NCBI RefSeq assembly: GCF_009914755.1
Contig: NC_060941.1
Origin: the human T2T-CHM13v2.0 reference genome, Homo sapiens
Direction: 5' to 3' (one strand)
DNA length: 64,000 nucleotides
The notes under the pieces were generated by a model, which did not search any database, was not told the origin of the DNA, and was given only the letters and a program-made list of their open reading frames with translations. The translations under genes and the position numbers were made by a program. This document shows positions 27,865 to 43,492 of this stretch, piece after piece; position 1 is the first letter of the stretch; each line of letters starts with the position of its first letter.

Positions 27865-30800
27865 GAATTCGTTGGAAACGGGATAATTTCAGCTGACTAA
27901 ACAGAAGCAGTCTCAGAATCTTCTTTGTGATGTTTGCATTCAAATCCCAGAGTTGAACTTTCCTTTCAAAGTTCACGTTTGAAACACTCTTTTTGCAGGA
28001 TCTACAAGTGGATATTTGGACCACTCTGTGTCCTTCGTTTGAAACGGGTATATCTTCACATGACATCTAGACAGAAGCATTCTCAGAAGCTTCTCTGTGA
28101 TGACTGCATTCAACTCACGGAGTTGAACACTCCTTTTGAGAGCGCAGTTTTGAAACTCTCTTTCTGTGGCATCCGCAAGGGGACATGTAGACCTCTTTGA
28201 AGATTTCGTTGGAAACGGAATCATCTTCACATAAAAACTATACAGATGCATTCTCAGGAACTTTTTGGTGATGTTTGTATTCAACTCCCAGAGTTGAAAT
28301 TTCCTTTGGAAAGAGCAGCTATGAAACACTCTTTTTCTAGAATCTGCAAGTGGACGTTTGGAGGGCTTTGTGGTTTGTGGTGGAAAAGGAAATATCTTCA
28401 CCTAAATACTAGAGAGAAGCATTCTCAGAAACTGCTTTGTGATGATTGCATTCACCTCACAGAGTTGAACATTCCTATTGATAGAGCAGTTTGGAAACAC
28501 TCTTGTTGTGGAATGTGCTAGTGGAGATTTGGAGCGCTTTGAGGCCTATGGTAGTAAAGGGAATAGCTTCATAGAAAAACTAGACAGAAGCATTCTCAGA
28601 AAATACTTTGTGATGATTGAGTTTAACTCACAGAGCTGAACATTCCTTTGGATGGAGCAGGTTTGAGACACACTTTTTGTAGAATCTACAAGTGGATATT
28701 TGGACCTCTCTGAGGATTTCGTTGGAAACGGGATAACTGCACCTAACTAAACGGAAGCATTCTCAGAAACTTCTTGGTGATGTTTGCATTCAAATCCCAG
28801 AGTTGAACCTTCCTTTGACAGTTCAGGTTTGAAACACTCTTTTTGTAGGATCTGCAAGTGGATATTTGGACCACTCTGTGGCCTTCGTTCTAAACGGGTA
28901 CATCTTCTCATAAAATCTAGACAGAAGCTTTCTCAGAAACTTCTCTGTGATGATTGCATTCAACTCACAGAGTTGAACCCTCCTATGGATAGAGCAGTGT
29001 TGAAACTCTCTTTTTGGGGAATCTGCAAGTGGATATGTGGACCTCTCCGAAGATGTCTTTGGAAACGGGAATATCTTCACATAATAACTAAACAGAAGCA
29101 TTCTCAGAAACTTCTCTGTGATGTTTGTGTTCAACTCCCAGAGTTTCACATTGCTTTTCATAGAGTAGTTCTGAAACATGCTTTTCGTAGTGTCTACAAG
29201 TGGACATTTGGAGCGCTTCCAGTCCTGTGGTGGAAAACGAATTATGGTCACATAAAAACTGGAGAGAAGCATTGTCAGAAACTTCTTTGTGATGATTGCA
29301 TTCAACTCACAGAGTTGAAGGTTCCTTTTCAAAGAGCAGTTTCCAATCACTCTTTCTGTGGAATCTGCAAGTGGATATTTCGACCTATTTTGAAGATTTC
29401 GTTGGAAACGGGATAATCTTCACAGAAAAGCTAAACAGAAGCATTCTCAGAAACTTCTTTGTGATGCTTGCATTCAACTCACAGAGTTGAACTTTCCTTT
29501 CGAGAGAGAAGCTTTGAAACACTCTTTTTCCAGAATCTGCAAGTGGACATTTGGAGGGCTTTGAGGCCTGTGGTGGAAAAGGAATTATCTTCCCGTAAAA
29601 GCTAGATAGAAGCATTCTCAGAAACTACTTTGTGATGATTGCATTCAAGTCACAGAGTTGAACATTCCCTTTGACAGAGCAGTTTGGAAACTCTCTTTGT
29701 GTAGAATCTGCAAGTGGAGATATGGACCGCTTTGAGGCCTATGGTAGTAAAGGAAATAGCTTCATATAAAAGCTAGACAGTAGCATTCACAGAAAACTCT
29801 TGGTGACGACTGAGTTTAACTCACAGAGCTGAACATTCCTTTGGATGGAGCAGTTTCGAAACACACTATTTGTAGAATCTGCAAGTGGATATTTGGGCCT
29901 CTCTAAGGATTTCGTTGGAAACGGGATAAACCGCACAGAACTAAAACAGAAGCATTCTCAGAACCCTCTTCGTGATGTTTGCATTCAACTCACAGTGCTG
30001 AACCTTTCTTTGATAGTTCAGCTTTGAAACACTCTTCTTGTAGAAACTGCAAGTGGATATTTGGTCCTCTCTGAGGATTTCGTTGGAAACGGGATAAACC
30101 GCACAGAACTAAACAGAAGCATTCTCAGAACCTTCTTCGTGATGTCTGCATTCAACTCACAGTGTGGAACCTTTCTTTGATAGTTCAGGTTTGAAACACT
30201 CTTTTTGTAGAAACTGCAAGGGGATAATTGCACTTCTTTGAGGCCTACCGTAGTAAAGGAAATAACTTCCTATAGAAAGAAGACAGAAGCTTTCTCAGAA
30301 AATTCTTTGGGATGATTGAGTGGAACTCACAGAGCTGAACATTCCTTGCGATGTAGCAGTTTAGAAACACACTTTCTGCAGAATCTGCAAGTGCATATTT
30401 GGACCTCTCTGAGGAATTCGTTGGAAACGGGATAATTTCAGCTGACTAAACAGAAGCAGTCTCAGAATCTTCTTTGTGATGTTTGCATTCAAATCCCAGA
30501 GTTGAACTTTCCTTTCAAAGTTCACGTTTGAAACACTCTTTTTGCAGGATCTACAAGTGGATATTTGGACCACTCTGTGTCCTTCGTTTGAAACGGGTAT
30601 ATCTTCACATGACATCTAGACAGAAGCATTCTCAGAAGCTTCTCTGTGATGACTGCATTCAACTCACGGAGTTGAACACTCCTTTTGAGAGCGCAGTTTT
30701 GAAACTCTCTTTCTGTGGCATCCGCAAGGGGACATGTAGACCTCTTTGAAGATTTCGTTGGAAACGGAATCATCTTCACATAAAAACTATACAGATGCAT

Positions 30801-32962
30801 TCTCAGGAACTTTTTGGTGATGTTTGTATTCAACTCCCAGAGTTGAAATTTCCTTTGGAAAGAGCAGCTATGAAACACTCTTTTTCTAGAATCTGCAAGT
30901 GGACGTTTGGAGGGCTTTGTGGTTTGTGGTGGAAAAGGAAATATCTTCACCTAAATACTAGAGAGAAGCATTCTCAGAAACTGCTTTGTGATGATTGCAT
31001 TCACCTCACAGAGTTGAACATTCCTATTGATAGAGCAGTTTGGAAACACTCTTGTTGTGGAATGTGCTAGTGGAGATTTGGAGCGCTTTGAGGCCTATGG
31101 TAGTAAAGGGAATAGCTTCATAGAAAAACTAGACAGAAGCATTCTCAGAAAATACTTTGTGATGATTGAGTTTAACTCACAGAGCTGAACATTCCTTTGG
31201 ATGGAGCAGGTTTGAGACACACTTTTTGTAGAATCTACAAGTGGATATTTGGACCTCTCTGAGGATTTCGTTGGAAACGGGATAACTGCACCTAACTAAA
31301 CGGAAGCATTCTCAGAAACTTCTTGGTGATGTTTGCATTCAAATCCCAGAGTTGAACCTTCCTTTGACAGTTCAGGTTTGAAACACTCTTTTTGTAGGAT
31401 CTGCAAGTGGATATTTGGACCACTCTGTGGCCTTCGTTCTAAACGGGTACATCTTCTCATAAAATCTAGACAGAAGCTTTCTCAGAAACTTCTCTGTGAT
31501 GATTGCATTCAACTCACAGAGTTGAACCCTCCTATGGATAGAGCAGTGTTGAAACTCTCTTTTTGGGGAATCTGCAAGTGGATATGTGGACCTCTCCGAA
31601 GATGTCTTTGGAAACGGGAATATCTTCACATAATAACTAAACAGAAGCATTCTCAGAAACTTCTCTGTGATGTTTGTGTTCAACTCCCAGAGTTTCACAT
31701 TGCTTTTCATAGAGTAGTTCTGAAACATGCTTTTCGTAGTGTCTACAAGTGGACATTTGGAGCGCTTCCAGTCCTGTGGTGGAAAACGAATTATGGTCAC
31801 ATAAAAACTGGAGAGAAGCATTGTCAGAAACTTCTTTGTGATGATTGCATTCAACTCACAGAGTTGAAGGTTCCTTTTCAAAGAGCAGTTTCCAATCACT
31901 CTTTCTGTGGAATCTGCAAGTGGATATTTCGACCTATTTTGAAGATTTCGTTGGAAACGGGATAATCTTCACAGAAAAGCTAAACAGAAGCATTCTCAGA
32001 AACTTCTTTGTGATGCTTGCATTCAACTCACAGAGTTGAACTTTCCTTTCGAGAGAGAAGCTTTGAAACACTCTTTTTCCAGAATCTGCAAGTGGACATT
32101 TGGAGGGCTTTGAGGCCTGTGGTGGAAAAGGAATTATCTTCCCGTAAAAGCTAGATAGAAGCATTCTCAGAAACTACTTTGTGATGATTGCATTCAAGTC
32201 ACAGAGTTGAACATTCCCTTTGACAGAGCAGTTTGGAAACTCTCTTTGTGTAGAATCTGCAAGTGGAGATATGGACCGCTTTGAGGCCTATGGTAGTAAA
32301 GGAAATAGCTTCATATAAAAGCTAGACAGTAGCATTCACAGAAAACTCTTGGTGACGACTGAGTTTAACTCACAGAGCTGAACATTCCTTTGGATGGAGC
32401 AGTTTCGAAACACACTATTTGTAGAATCTGCAAGTGGATATTTGGGCCTCTCTAAGGATTTCGTTGGAAACGGGATAAACCGCACAGAACTAAAACAGAA
32501 GCATTCTCAGAACCCTCTTCGTGATGTTTGCATTCAACTCACAGTGCTGAACCTTTCTTTGATAGTTCAGCTTTGAAACACTCTTCTTGTAGAAACTGCA
32601 AGTGGATATTTGGTCCTCTCTGAGGATTTCGTTGGAAACGGGATAAACCGCACAGAACTAAACAGAAGCATTCTCAGAACCTTCTTCGTGATGTCTGCAT
32701 TCAACTCACAGTGTGGAACCTTTCTTTGATAGTTCAGGTTTGAAACACTCTTTTTGTAGAAACTGCAAGGGGATAATTGCACTTCTTTGAGGCCTACCGT
32801 AGTAAAGGAAATAACTTCCTATAGAAAGAAGACAGAAGCTTTCTCAGAAAATTCTTTGGGATGATTGAGTGGAACTCACAGAGCTGAACATTCCTTGCGA
32901 TGTAGCAGTTTAGAAACACACTTTCTGCAGAATCTGCAAGTGCATATTTGGACCTCTCTGAG
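27865..32962 (+). repeat. Tandem duplication of one 15-mer (2 x 2549 bp)
   Basis: Both copies share rare variants GTTGAAATTTCC, CGTTCTAAAC, CTTCTCATAA, TTTTTGGGGA and CTCTAAGGA at +2549. Confidence 0.9.
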
Positions 32963-35900
32963 GAATTCGTTGGAAACGGGATAATTTCAGCTGACTAAAC
33001 AGAAGCAGTCTCAGAATCTTCTTTGTGATGTTTGCATTCAAATCCCAGAGTTGAACTTTCCTTTCAAAGTTCACGTTTGAAACACTCTTTTTGCAGGATC
33101 TACAAGTGGATATTTGGACCACTCTGTGTCCTTCGTTCGAAACGGGTATATCTTCACATGACATCTAGACAGAAGCATTCTCAGAAGCTTCTCTGTGATG
33201 ACTGCATTCAACTCACGGAGTTGAACACTCCTCTTGAGAGCGCAGTTTTGAAACTCTCTTTCTGTGGCATCCGCAAGGGGACATGTAGACCTCTTTGAAG
33301 ATTTCGTTGGAAACGGAATCATCTTCACATAAAATCTATACAGATGCATTCTCAGGAACTTTTTGGTGATGTTTGTATTCAACTCCCAGAGTTGAACTTT
33401 CCTTTGGAAAGAGCAGCTATGAAACACTCTTTTTCTAGAATCTGCAAGTGGACGTTTGGAGGGCTTTGTGGTTTGTGGTGGAAAAGGAAATATCTTCACC
33501 TAAATACTAGAGAGAAGCATTCTCAGAAACTGCTTTGTGATGATTGCATTCACCTCACAGAGTTGAACATTCCTATTGATAGAGCAGGTTGGAAACACTC
33601 TTGTTGTGGAATGTGCAAGTGGAGATTTGGAGCGCTTTGAGGCCTATGGTAGTAAAGGGAATAGCTTCATAGAAAAACTAGACAGAAGCATTCTCAGAAA
33701 ATACTTTGTGATGATTGAGTTGAACTCACAGAGCTGAACATTCCTTTGGATGGAGCAGGCTTGAGACACACTTTTTGTAGAATCTACAAGTGGATATTTG
33801 GACCTCTCTGAGGATTTCGTTGGAAACGGGATAACTGCACCTAACTAAACGGAAGGATTCTCAGAAACTTCTTGGTGATGTTTGCATTCAAATCCCAGAG
33901 TCGAACCTTCCTTTGATAGTTCAGGTTTGAAACACTCTTTTTGTAGGATCTGCAAGTGGCTATTTGGACCACTCTGTGGCATTCGTTCAAAACGGGTATA
34001 TCTTCGCATAAAATCTAGACAGAAGCCTTCTCAGAAACTTCTCTGTGATGATTGCATTCAACTCACAGAGTTGAACCCTCCTATGGATAGAGCAGTGTTG
34101 AAACTCTCTTTTTGTGGAATCTGCAAGTGGATATGTGGACCTCTTTGAAGATGTCTTTGGAAACGGGAATATCTTCACATAAAAACTAAACGGAAGCATT
34201 CTCAGAAACTTCTCTGTGATGTTTGTGTTCAACTCCCAGAGTTTCACATTGCTTTTCATAGAGTAGTTCTGAAACATGCTTTTCGTAGTGTCTACAAGTG
34301 GACATTTGGAGCGCTTCCAGGCCTGTGGTGGAAAACGAATTATGGTCACATAAAAACTGGAGAGAAGCATTGTCAGAAACTTCTTTGTGATGATTGCATT
34401 CAACTCACAGAGTTGAAGGTTCCTTTTCAAAGAGCAGTTTCCAATCACTCTTTCTGTGGAATCTGCAAGTGGATATTTCGACCTATTTTGAAGATTTCGT
34501 TGGAAACGGGATAATCTTCACAGAAAAGCTAAACAGAAGCATTCTCAGAAACTTCTTTGTGATGCTTGCATTCAACTCACAGAGTTGAACTTTCCTTTCG
34601 AGAGAGAAGCTTTGAAACACTCTTTTTCCAGAATGTGCAAGTGGACATTTGGAGGGCTTTGAGGCCTGTGGTGGAAAAGGAATTATCTTCCCGTAAAAGC
34701 TAGATAGAAGCATTCTCAGAAACTACTTTGTGATGATTGCATTCAAGTCACAGAGTTGAACATTCCCTTTGACAGAGCAGTTTGGAAACTCTCTTTGTGT
34801 AGAATCTGCAAGTGGAGATATGGACCGCTTTGAGGCCTATGGTAGTAAAGGAAATAGCTTCATATAAAAGCTAGACAGTAGCATTCACAGAAAACTCTTG
34901 GTGACGACTGAGTTTAACTCACAGAGCTGAACATTCCTTTGGATGGAGCAGTTTCGAAACACACTATTTGTAGAATGTGCAAGTGGATATTTGGGCCTCT
35001 CTGAGGATTTCGCTGGAAACGGGATAAACCGCACAGAACTAAACAGAAGCATTCTCTGAACCTTCTTCGTGATGTTTGCATTCAACTCACAGTGTTGAAC
35101 CTTTCTTTGATAGTTCAGGTTGGAAACGGTCTTTCTGTAGAAACTGCAAGTAGATATTTGGACCTCTCTGAGGATTTCGTTGCAAACGGGATAAACCGCA
35201 CAGAACTAAAACAGAAGCATTCTCAGAACCCTCTTCGTGATGTTTGCATTCAACTCACAGTGCTGAACCTTTCTTTGATAGTTCAGCTTTGAAACACTCT
35301 TCTTGTAGAAACTGCAAGTGGATATTTGGTCCTCTCTGAGGATTTCGTTGGAAACGGGATAAACCGCACAGAACTAAACAGAAGCATTCTCAGAACCTTC
35401 TTCGTGATGTCTGCATTCAACTCACAGTGTGGAACCTTTCTTTGATAGTTCAGGTTTGAAACACTCTTTTTGTAGAAACTGCAAGGGGATAATTGCACTT
35501 CTTTGAGGCCTACCGTAGTAAAGGAAATAACTTCCTATAGAAAGAAGACAGAAGCTTTCTCAGAAAATTCTTTGGAATGATTGAGTGGAACTCACAGAGC
35601 TGAACATTCCTTGCGATGTAGCAGTTTAGAAACACACTTTCTGCAGAATCTGCAAGTGCATATTTGGACCTCTCTGAGGAATTCGTTGGAAACGGGATAA
35701 TTTCAGCTGACTAAACAGAAGCAGTCTCAGAATCTTCTTTGTGATGTTTGCATTCAAATCCCAGAGTTGAACTTTCCTTTCCAAGTTCACGTTTGAAACA
35801 GTCTTTTTGCAGGATCTACAAGTGGATATTTGGACCACTCTGTGTCCTTCGTTCGAAACGGGTATATCTTCACATGACATCTAGACAGAAGCATTCTCAG

Positions 35901-38900
35901 AAGCTTCTCTGTGATGACTGCATTCAACTCACGGAGTTGAACACTCCTTTTGAGAGCGCAGTTTTGAAACTCTCTTTCTGTGGCATCCGCAAGGGGACAT
36001 GTAGACCTCTTTGAAGATTTCGTTGGAAACGGAATCATCTTCACATAAAAACTATACAGATGCATTCTCAGGAACTTTTTGGTGATGTTTGTATTCAACT
36101 CCCAGAGTTGAACTTTCCTTTGGAAAGAGCAGCTATGAAACACTCTTTTTCTAGAATCTGCAAGTGGACGTTTGGAGGGCTTTGTGGTTTGTGGTGGAAA
36201 AGGAAATATCTTCACCTAAATACTAGAGAGAAGCATTCTCAGAAACTGCTTTGTGATGATTGCATTCACCTCACAGAGTTGAACATTCCTATTGATAGAG
36301 CAGTTTGGAAACACTCTTGTTGTGGAATGTGCTAGTGGAGATTTGGAGCGCTTTGAGGCCTATGGTAGTAAAGGGAATAGCTTCATAGAAAAACTAGACA
36401 GAAGCATTCTCAGAAAATACTTTGTGATGATTGAGTTTAACTCACAGAGCTGAACATTCCTTTGGATGGAGCAGGTTTGAGACACACTTTTTGTAGAATC
36501 TACAAGTGGATATTTGGACCTCTCTGAGGATTTCGTTGGAAACGGGATAACTGCACCTAACTAAACGGAAGCATTCTCAGAAACTTCTTGGTGATGTTTG
36601 CATTCAAATCCCAGAGTTGAACCTTCCTTTGACAGTTCAGGTTTGAAACACTCTTTTTGTAGGATCTGCAAGTGGATATTTGGACCACTCTGTGGCCTTC
36701 GTTCGAAACGGGTACATCTTCGCATAAAATCTAGACAGAAGCTTTCTCAGAAACTTCTCTGTGATGATTGCATTCAACTCACAGAGTTGAACCCTCCTAT
36801 GGATAGAGCAGTGTTGAAACTCTCTTTTTGTGGAATCTGCAAGTGGATATGTGGACCTCTCCGAAGATGTCTTTGGAAACGGGAATATCTTCACATAATA
36901 ACTAAACAGAAGCATTCTCAGAAACTTCTCTGTGATGTTTGTGTTCAACTCCCAGACTTTCACATTGCTTTTCATAGAGTAGTTCTGAAACATGCTTTTC
37001 GTAGTGTCTACAAGTGGACATTTGGAGCGCTTCCAGTCCTGTGGTGGAAAACGAATTATGGTCACATAAAAACTGGAGAGAAGCATTGTCAGAAACTTCT
37101 TTGTGATGATTGCATTCAACTCACAGAGTTGAAGGTTCCTTTTCAAAGAGCAGTTTCCAATCACTCTTTCTGTGGAATCTGCAAGTGGATATTTCGACCT
37201 ATTTTGAAGATTTCGTTGGAAACGGGAGAATCTTCACAGAAAAGCTAAACAGAAGCATTCTCAGAAACTTCTTTGTGATGCTTGCATTCAACTCACAGAG
37301 TTGAACTTTCCTTTCGAGAGAGAAGCTTTGAAACACTCTTTTTCCAGAATGTGCAAGTGGACATTTGGAGGGCTTTGAGGCCTGTGGTGGAAAAGGAATT
37401 ATCTTCCCGTAAAAGCTAGATAGAAGCATTCTCAGAAACTACTTTGTGATGATTGCATTCAAGTCACAGAGTTGAACATTCCCTTTGACAGAGCAGTTTG
37501 GAAACTCTCTTTGTGTAGAATCTGCAAGTGGAGATATGGACCGCTTTGAGGCCTATGGTAGTAAAGGAAATAGCTTCATATAAAAGCTAGACAGTAGCAT
37601 TCACAGAAAACTCTTGGTGACGACTGAGTTTAACTCACAGAGCTGAACATTCCTTTGGATGGAGCAGTTTCGAAACACACTATTTGTAGAATCTGCAAGT
37701 GGATATTTGGGCCTCTCTGAGGATTTCGTTGGAAACGGGATAAACCGCACAGAACTAAAACAGAAGCATTCTCAGAACCCTCTTCGTGATGTTTGCATTC
37801 AACTCACAGTGCTGAACCTTTCTTTGATAGTTCAGCTTTGAAACACTCTTCTTGTAGAAACTGCAAGTGGATATTTGGTCCTCTCTGAGGATTTCGTTGG
37901 AAACGGGATAAACCGCACAGAACTAAACAGAAGCATTCTCAGAACCTTCTTCGTGATGTCTGCATTCAACTCACAGTGTGGAACCTTTCTTTGATAGTTC
38001 AGGTTTGAAACACTCTTTTTGTAGAAACTGCAAGGGGGTAATTGCACTTCTTTGAGACCTACCGTAGTAAAGGAAATAACTTCCTATAGAAAGAAGACAG
38101 AAGCTTTCTCAGAAAATTCTTTGGGATGATTGAGTGGAACTCACAGAGCTGAACATTCCTTGCGATGTAGCAGTTTAGAAACACACTTTCTGCAGAATCT
38201 GCAAGTGCATATTTGGACCTCTCTGAGGAATTCGTTGGAAACGGGATAATTTCAGCTGACTAAACAGAAGCAGTCTCAGAATCTTCTTTGTGATGTTTGC
38301 ATTCAAATCCCAGAGTTGAACTTTCCTTTCAAAGTTCACGTTTGAAACACTCTTTTTGCAGGATCTACAAGTGGATATTTGGACCACTCTGTGTCCTTCG
38401 TTCGAAACGGGTATATCTTCACATGACATCTAGACAGAAGCATTCTCAGAAGCTTCTCTGTGATGACTGCATTCAACTCACGGAGTTGAACACTCCTCTT
38501 GAGAGCGCAGTTTTGAAACTCTCTTTCTGTGGCATCCGCAAGGGGACATGTAGACCTCTTTGAAGATTTCGTTGGAAACGGAATCATCTTCACATAAAAT
38601 CTATACAGATGCATTCTCAGGAACTTTTTGGTGATGTTTGTATTCAACTCCCAGAGTTGAACTTTCCTTTGGAAAGAGCAGCTATGAAACACTCTTTTTC
38701 TAGAATCTGCAAGTGGACGTTTGGAGGGCTTTGTGGTTTGTGGTGGAAAAGGAAATATCTTCACCTAAATACTAGAGAGAAGCATTCTCAGAAACTGCTT
38801 TGTGATGATTGCATTCACCTCACAGAGTTGAACATTCCTATTGATAGAGCAGGTTGGAAACACTCTTGTTGTGGAATGTGCAAGTGGAGATTTGGAGCGC

Positions 38901-41900
38901 TTTGAGGCCTATGGTAGTAAAGGGAATAGCTTCATAGAAAAACTAGACAGAAGCATTCTCAGAAAATACTTTGTGATGATTGAGTTGAACTCACAGAGCT
39001 GAACATTCCTTTGGATGGAGCAGGTTTGAGACACACTTTTTGTAGAATCTACAAGTGGATATTTGGACCTCTCTGAGGATTTCGTTGGAAACGGGATAAC
39101 TGCACCTAACTAAACGGAAGGATTCTCAGAAACTTCTTGGTGATGTTTGCATTCAAATCCCAGAGTTGAACCTTCCTTTGATAGTTCAGGTTTGAAACAC
39201 TCTTTTTGTAGGATCTGCAAGTGGCTATTTGGACCACTCTGTGGCATTCATTCAAAACGGGTATATCTTCGCATAAAATCTAGACAGAAGCCTTCTCAGA
39301 AACTTCTCTGTGATGATTGCATTCAACTCACAGAGTTGAACCCTCCTATGGATAGAGCAGTGTTGAAACTCTCTTTTTGTGGAATCTGCAAGTGGATATG
39401 TGGACCTCTTTGAAGATGTCTTTGGAAACGGGAATATCTTCACATAAAAACTAAACGGAAGCATTCTCAGAAACTTCTCTGTGATGTTTGTGTTCAACTC
39501 CCAGAGTTTCACATTGCTTTTCATAGAGTAGTTCTGAAACATGCTTTTCGTAGTGTCTACAAGTGGACATTTGGAGCGCTTCCAGGCCTGTGGTGGAAAA
39601 CGAATTATGGTCACATAAAAACTGGAGAGAAGCATTGTCAGAAACTTCTTTGTGATGATTGCATTCAACTCACAGAGTTGAAGGTTCCTTTTCAAAGAGC
39701 AGTTTCCAATCACTCTTTCTGTGGAATCTGCAAGTGGATATTTCGACCTATTTTGAAGATTTCGTTGGAAACGGGATAATCTTCACAGAAAAGCTAAACA
39801 GAAGCATTCTCAGAAACTTCTTTGTGATGCTTGCATTCAACTCACAGAGTTGAACTTTCCTTTCGAGAGAGAAGCTTTGAAACACTCTTTTTCCAGAATG
39901 TGCAAGTGGACATTTGGAGGGCTTTGAGGCCTGTGGTGGAAAAGGAATTATCTTCCCGTAAAAGCTAGATAGAAGCATTCTCAGAAAGTACTTTGTGATG
40001 ATTGCATTCAAGTCACAGAGTTGAACATTCCCTTTGACAGAGCAGTTTGGAAACTCTCTTTGTGTAGAATCTGCAAGTGGAGATATGGACCGCTTTGAGG
40101 CCTATTTTAGTAAAGGAAATAGCTTCATATAAAAGCTAGACAGTAGCATTCACAGAAAACTCTTGGTGACGACTGAGTTTAACTCACAGAGCTGAACATT
40201 CCTTTGGATGGAGCAGTTTCGAAACACACTATTTGTAGAATGTGCAAGTGGATATTTGGGCCTCTCTGAGGATTTCGCTGGAAACGGGATAAACCGCACA
40301 GAACTAAACAGAAGCATTCTCTGAACCTTCTTCGTGATGTTTGCATTCAACTCACAGTGTTGAACCTTTCTTTGATAGTTCAGGTTGGAAACGGTCTTTC
40401 TGTAGAAACTGCAAGTAGATATTTGGACCTCTCTGAGGATTTCGTTGGAAACGGGATAAACCGCACAGAACTAAAACAGAAGCATTCTCAGAACCCTCTT
40501 CGTGATGTTTGCATTCAACTCACAGTGCTGAACCTTTCTTTGATAGTTCAGCTTTGAAACACTCTTCTTGTAGAAACTGCAAGTGGATATTTGGTCCTCT
40601 CTGAGGATTTCGTTGGAAACGGGATAAACCGCACAGAACTAAACAGAAGCATTCTCAGAACCTTCTTCGTGATGTCTGCATTCAACTCACAGTGTGGAAC
40701 CTTTCTTTGATAGTTCAGGTTTGAAACACTCTTTTTGTAGAAACTGCAAGGGGATAATTGCACTTCTTTGAGGCCTACCGTAGTAAAGGAAATAACTTCC
40801 TATAGAAAGAAGACAGAAGCTTTCTCAGAAAATTCTTTGGAATGATTGAGTGGAACTCACAGAGCTGAACATTCCTTGCGATGTAGCAGTTTAGAAACAC
40901 ACTTTCTGCAGAATCTGCAAGTGCATATTTGGACCTCTCTGAGGAATTCGTTGGAAACGGGATAATTTCAGCTGACTAAACAGAAGCAGTCTCAGAATCT
41001 TCTTTGTGATGTTTGCATTCAAATCCCAGAGTTGAACTTTCCTTTCCAAGTTCACGTTTGAAACAGTCTTTTTGCAGGATCTACAAGTGGATATTTGGAC
41101 CACTCTGTGTCCTTCGTTCGAAACGGGTATATCTTCACATGACATCTAGACAGAAGCATTCTCAGAAGCTTCTCTGTGATGACTGCATTCAACTCACGGA
41201 GTTGAACACTCCTTTTGAGAGCGCAGTTTTGAAACTCTCTTTCTGTGGCATCCGCAAGGGGACATGTAGACCTCTTTGAAGATTTCGTTGGAAACGGAAT
41301 CATCTTCACATAAAAACTATACAGATGCATTCTCAGGAACTTTTTGGTGATGTTTGTATTCAACTCCCAGAGTTGAACTTTCCTTTGGAAAGAGCAGCTA
41401 TGAAACACTCTTTTTCTAGAATCTGCAAGTGGACGTTTGGAGGGCTTTGTGGTTTGTGGTGGAAAAGGAAATATCTTCACCTAAATACTAGAGAGAAGCA
41501 TTCTCAGAAACTGCTTTGTGATGATTGCATTCACCTCACAGAGTTGAACATTCCTATTGATAGAGCAGTTTGGAAACACTCTTGTTGTGGAATGTGCAAG
41601 TGGAGATTTGGAGCGCTTTGAGGCCTATGGTAGTAAAGGGAATAGCTTCATAGAAAAACTAGACAGAAGCATTCTCAAAAAATACTTTGTGATGATTGAG
41701 TTGAACTCACAGAGCTGAACATTCCTTTGGATGGAGCAGGTTTGAGACACACTTTTTGTAGAATCTACAAGTGGATATTTGGACCTCTCTGAGGATTTCG
41801 TTGCAAACGGGATAACTGCACCTAACTAAACGGAAGCATTCTCAGAAACTTCTTGGTGATGTTTGCATTCAAATCCCAGAGTTGAACCTTCCTTTGACAG

Positions 41901-43492
41901 TTCAGGTTTGAAACACTCTTTTTGTAGGATCTGCAAGTGGATATTTGGACCACTCTGTGGCCTTCGTTCGAAACGGGTACATCTTCGCATAAAATCTAGA
42001 CAGAAGCTTTCTCAGAAACTTCTCTGTGATGATTGCATTCAACTCACAGAGTTGAACCCTCCTATGGATAGAGCAGTGTTGAAACTCTCTTTTTGTGGAA
42101 TCTGCAAGTGGATATGTGGACCTCTCCGAAGATGTCTTTGGAAACGGGAATATCTTCACATAATAACTAAACGGAAGCATTCTCAGAAACTTCTCTGTGA
42201 TGTTTGTGTTCAACTCCCAGACTTTCACATTGCTTTTCATAGAGTAGTTCTGAAACATGCTTTTCGTAGTGTCTACAAGTGGACATTTGGAGCGCTTCCA
42301 GTCCTGTGGTGGAAAACGAATTATGGTCACATAAAAACTGGAGAGAAGCATTGTCAGAAACTTCTTTGTGATGATTGCATTCAACTCACAGAGTTGAAGG
42401 TTCCTTTTCAAAGAGCAGTTTCCAATCACTCTTTCTGTGGAATCTGCAAGTGGATATTTCGACCTATTTTGAAGATTTCGTTGGAAACGGGAGAATCTTC
42501 ACAGAAAAGCTAAACAGAAGCATTCTCAGAAACTTCTTTGTGATGCTTGCATTCAACTCACAGAGTTGAACTTTCCTTTCGAGAGAGAAGCTTTGAAACA
42601 CTCTTTTTCCAGAATCTGCAAGTGGACATTTGGAGGGCTTTGAGGCCTGTGGTGGAAAAGGAATTATCTTCCCGTAAAAGCTAGATAGAAGCATTCTCAG
42701 AAACTACTTTGTGATGATTGCATTCAAGTCACAGAGTTGAACATTCCCTTTGACAGAGCAGTTTGGAAACTCTCTTTGTGTAGAATCTGCAAGTGGAGAT
42801 ATGGACCGCTTTGAGGCCTATGGTAGTAAAGGAAATAGCTTCATATAAAAGCTAGACAGTAGCATTCACAGAAAACTCTTGGTGACGACTGAGTTTAACT
42901 CACAGAGCTGAACATTCCTTTGGATGGAGCAGTTTCGAAACACACTATTTGTAGAATGTGCAAGTGGATATTTGGGCCTCTCTGAGGATTTCGTTGGAAA
43001 CGGGATAAACCGCACAGAACTAAAACAGAAGCATTCTCAGAACCCTCTTCCTGATGTTTGCATTCAACTCACAGTGCTGAACCTTTCTTTGATAGTTCAG
43101 CTTTGAAACACTCTTCTTGTAGAAACTGCAAGTGGATATTTGGTCCTCTCTGAGGATTTCGTTGGAAACGGGATAAACCGCACAGAACTAAACAGAAGCA
43201 TTCTCAGAACCTTCTTCGTGATGTCTGCATTCAACTCACAGTGTGGAACCTTTCTTTGATAGTTCAGGTTTGAAACACTCTTTTTGTAGAAACTGCAAGG
43301 GGATAATTGCACTTCTTTGAGGCCTACCGTAGTAAAGGAAATAACTTCCTATAGAAAGAAGACAGAAGCTTTCTCAGAAAATTCTTTGGGATGATTGAGT
43401 GGAACTCACAGAGCTGAACATTCCTTGCGATGTAGCAGTTTAGAAACACACTTTCTGCAGAATCTGCAAGTGCATATTTGGACCTCTCTTAG
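32963..43492 (+). repeat. Duplicated 16+15 dimer (2 x 5265 bp)
   Basis: Variants CCTCTTGAG, AAATCTATA, TTTGGAATGA, TTCCAAGTTC, AAACAGTCT, CCCAGACTTT and GGGAGAATC recur at +5265. Confidence 0.85.
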
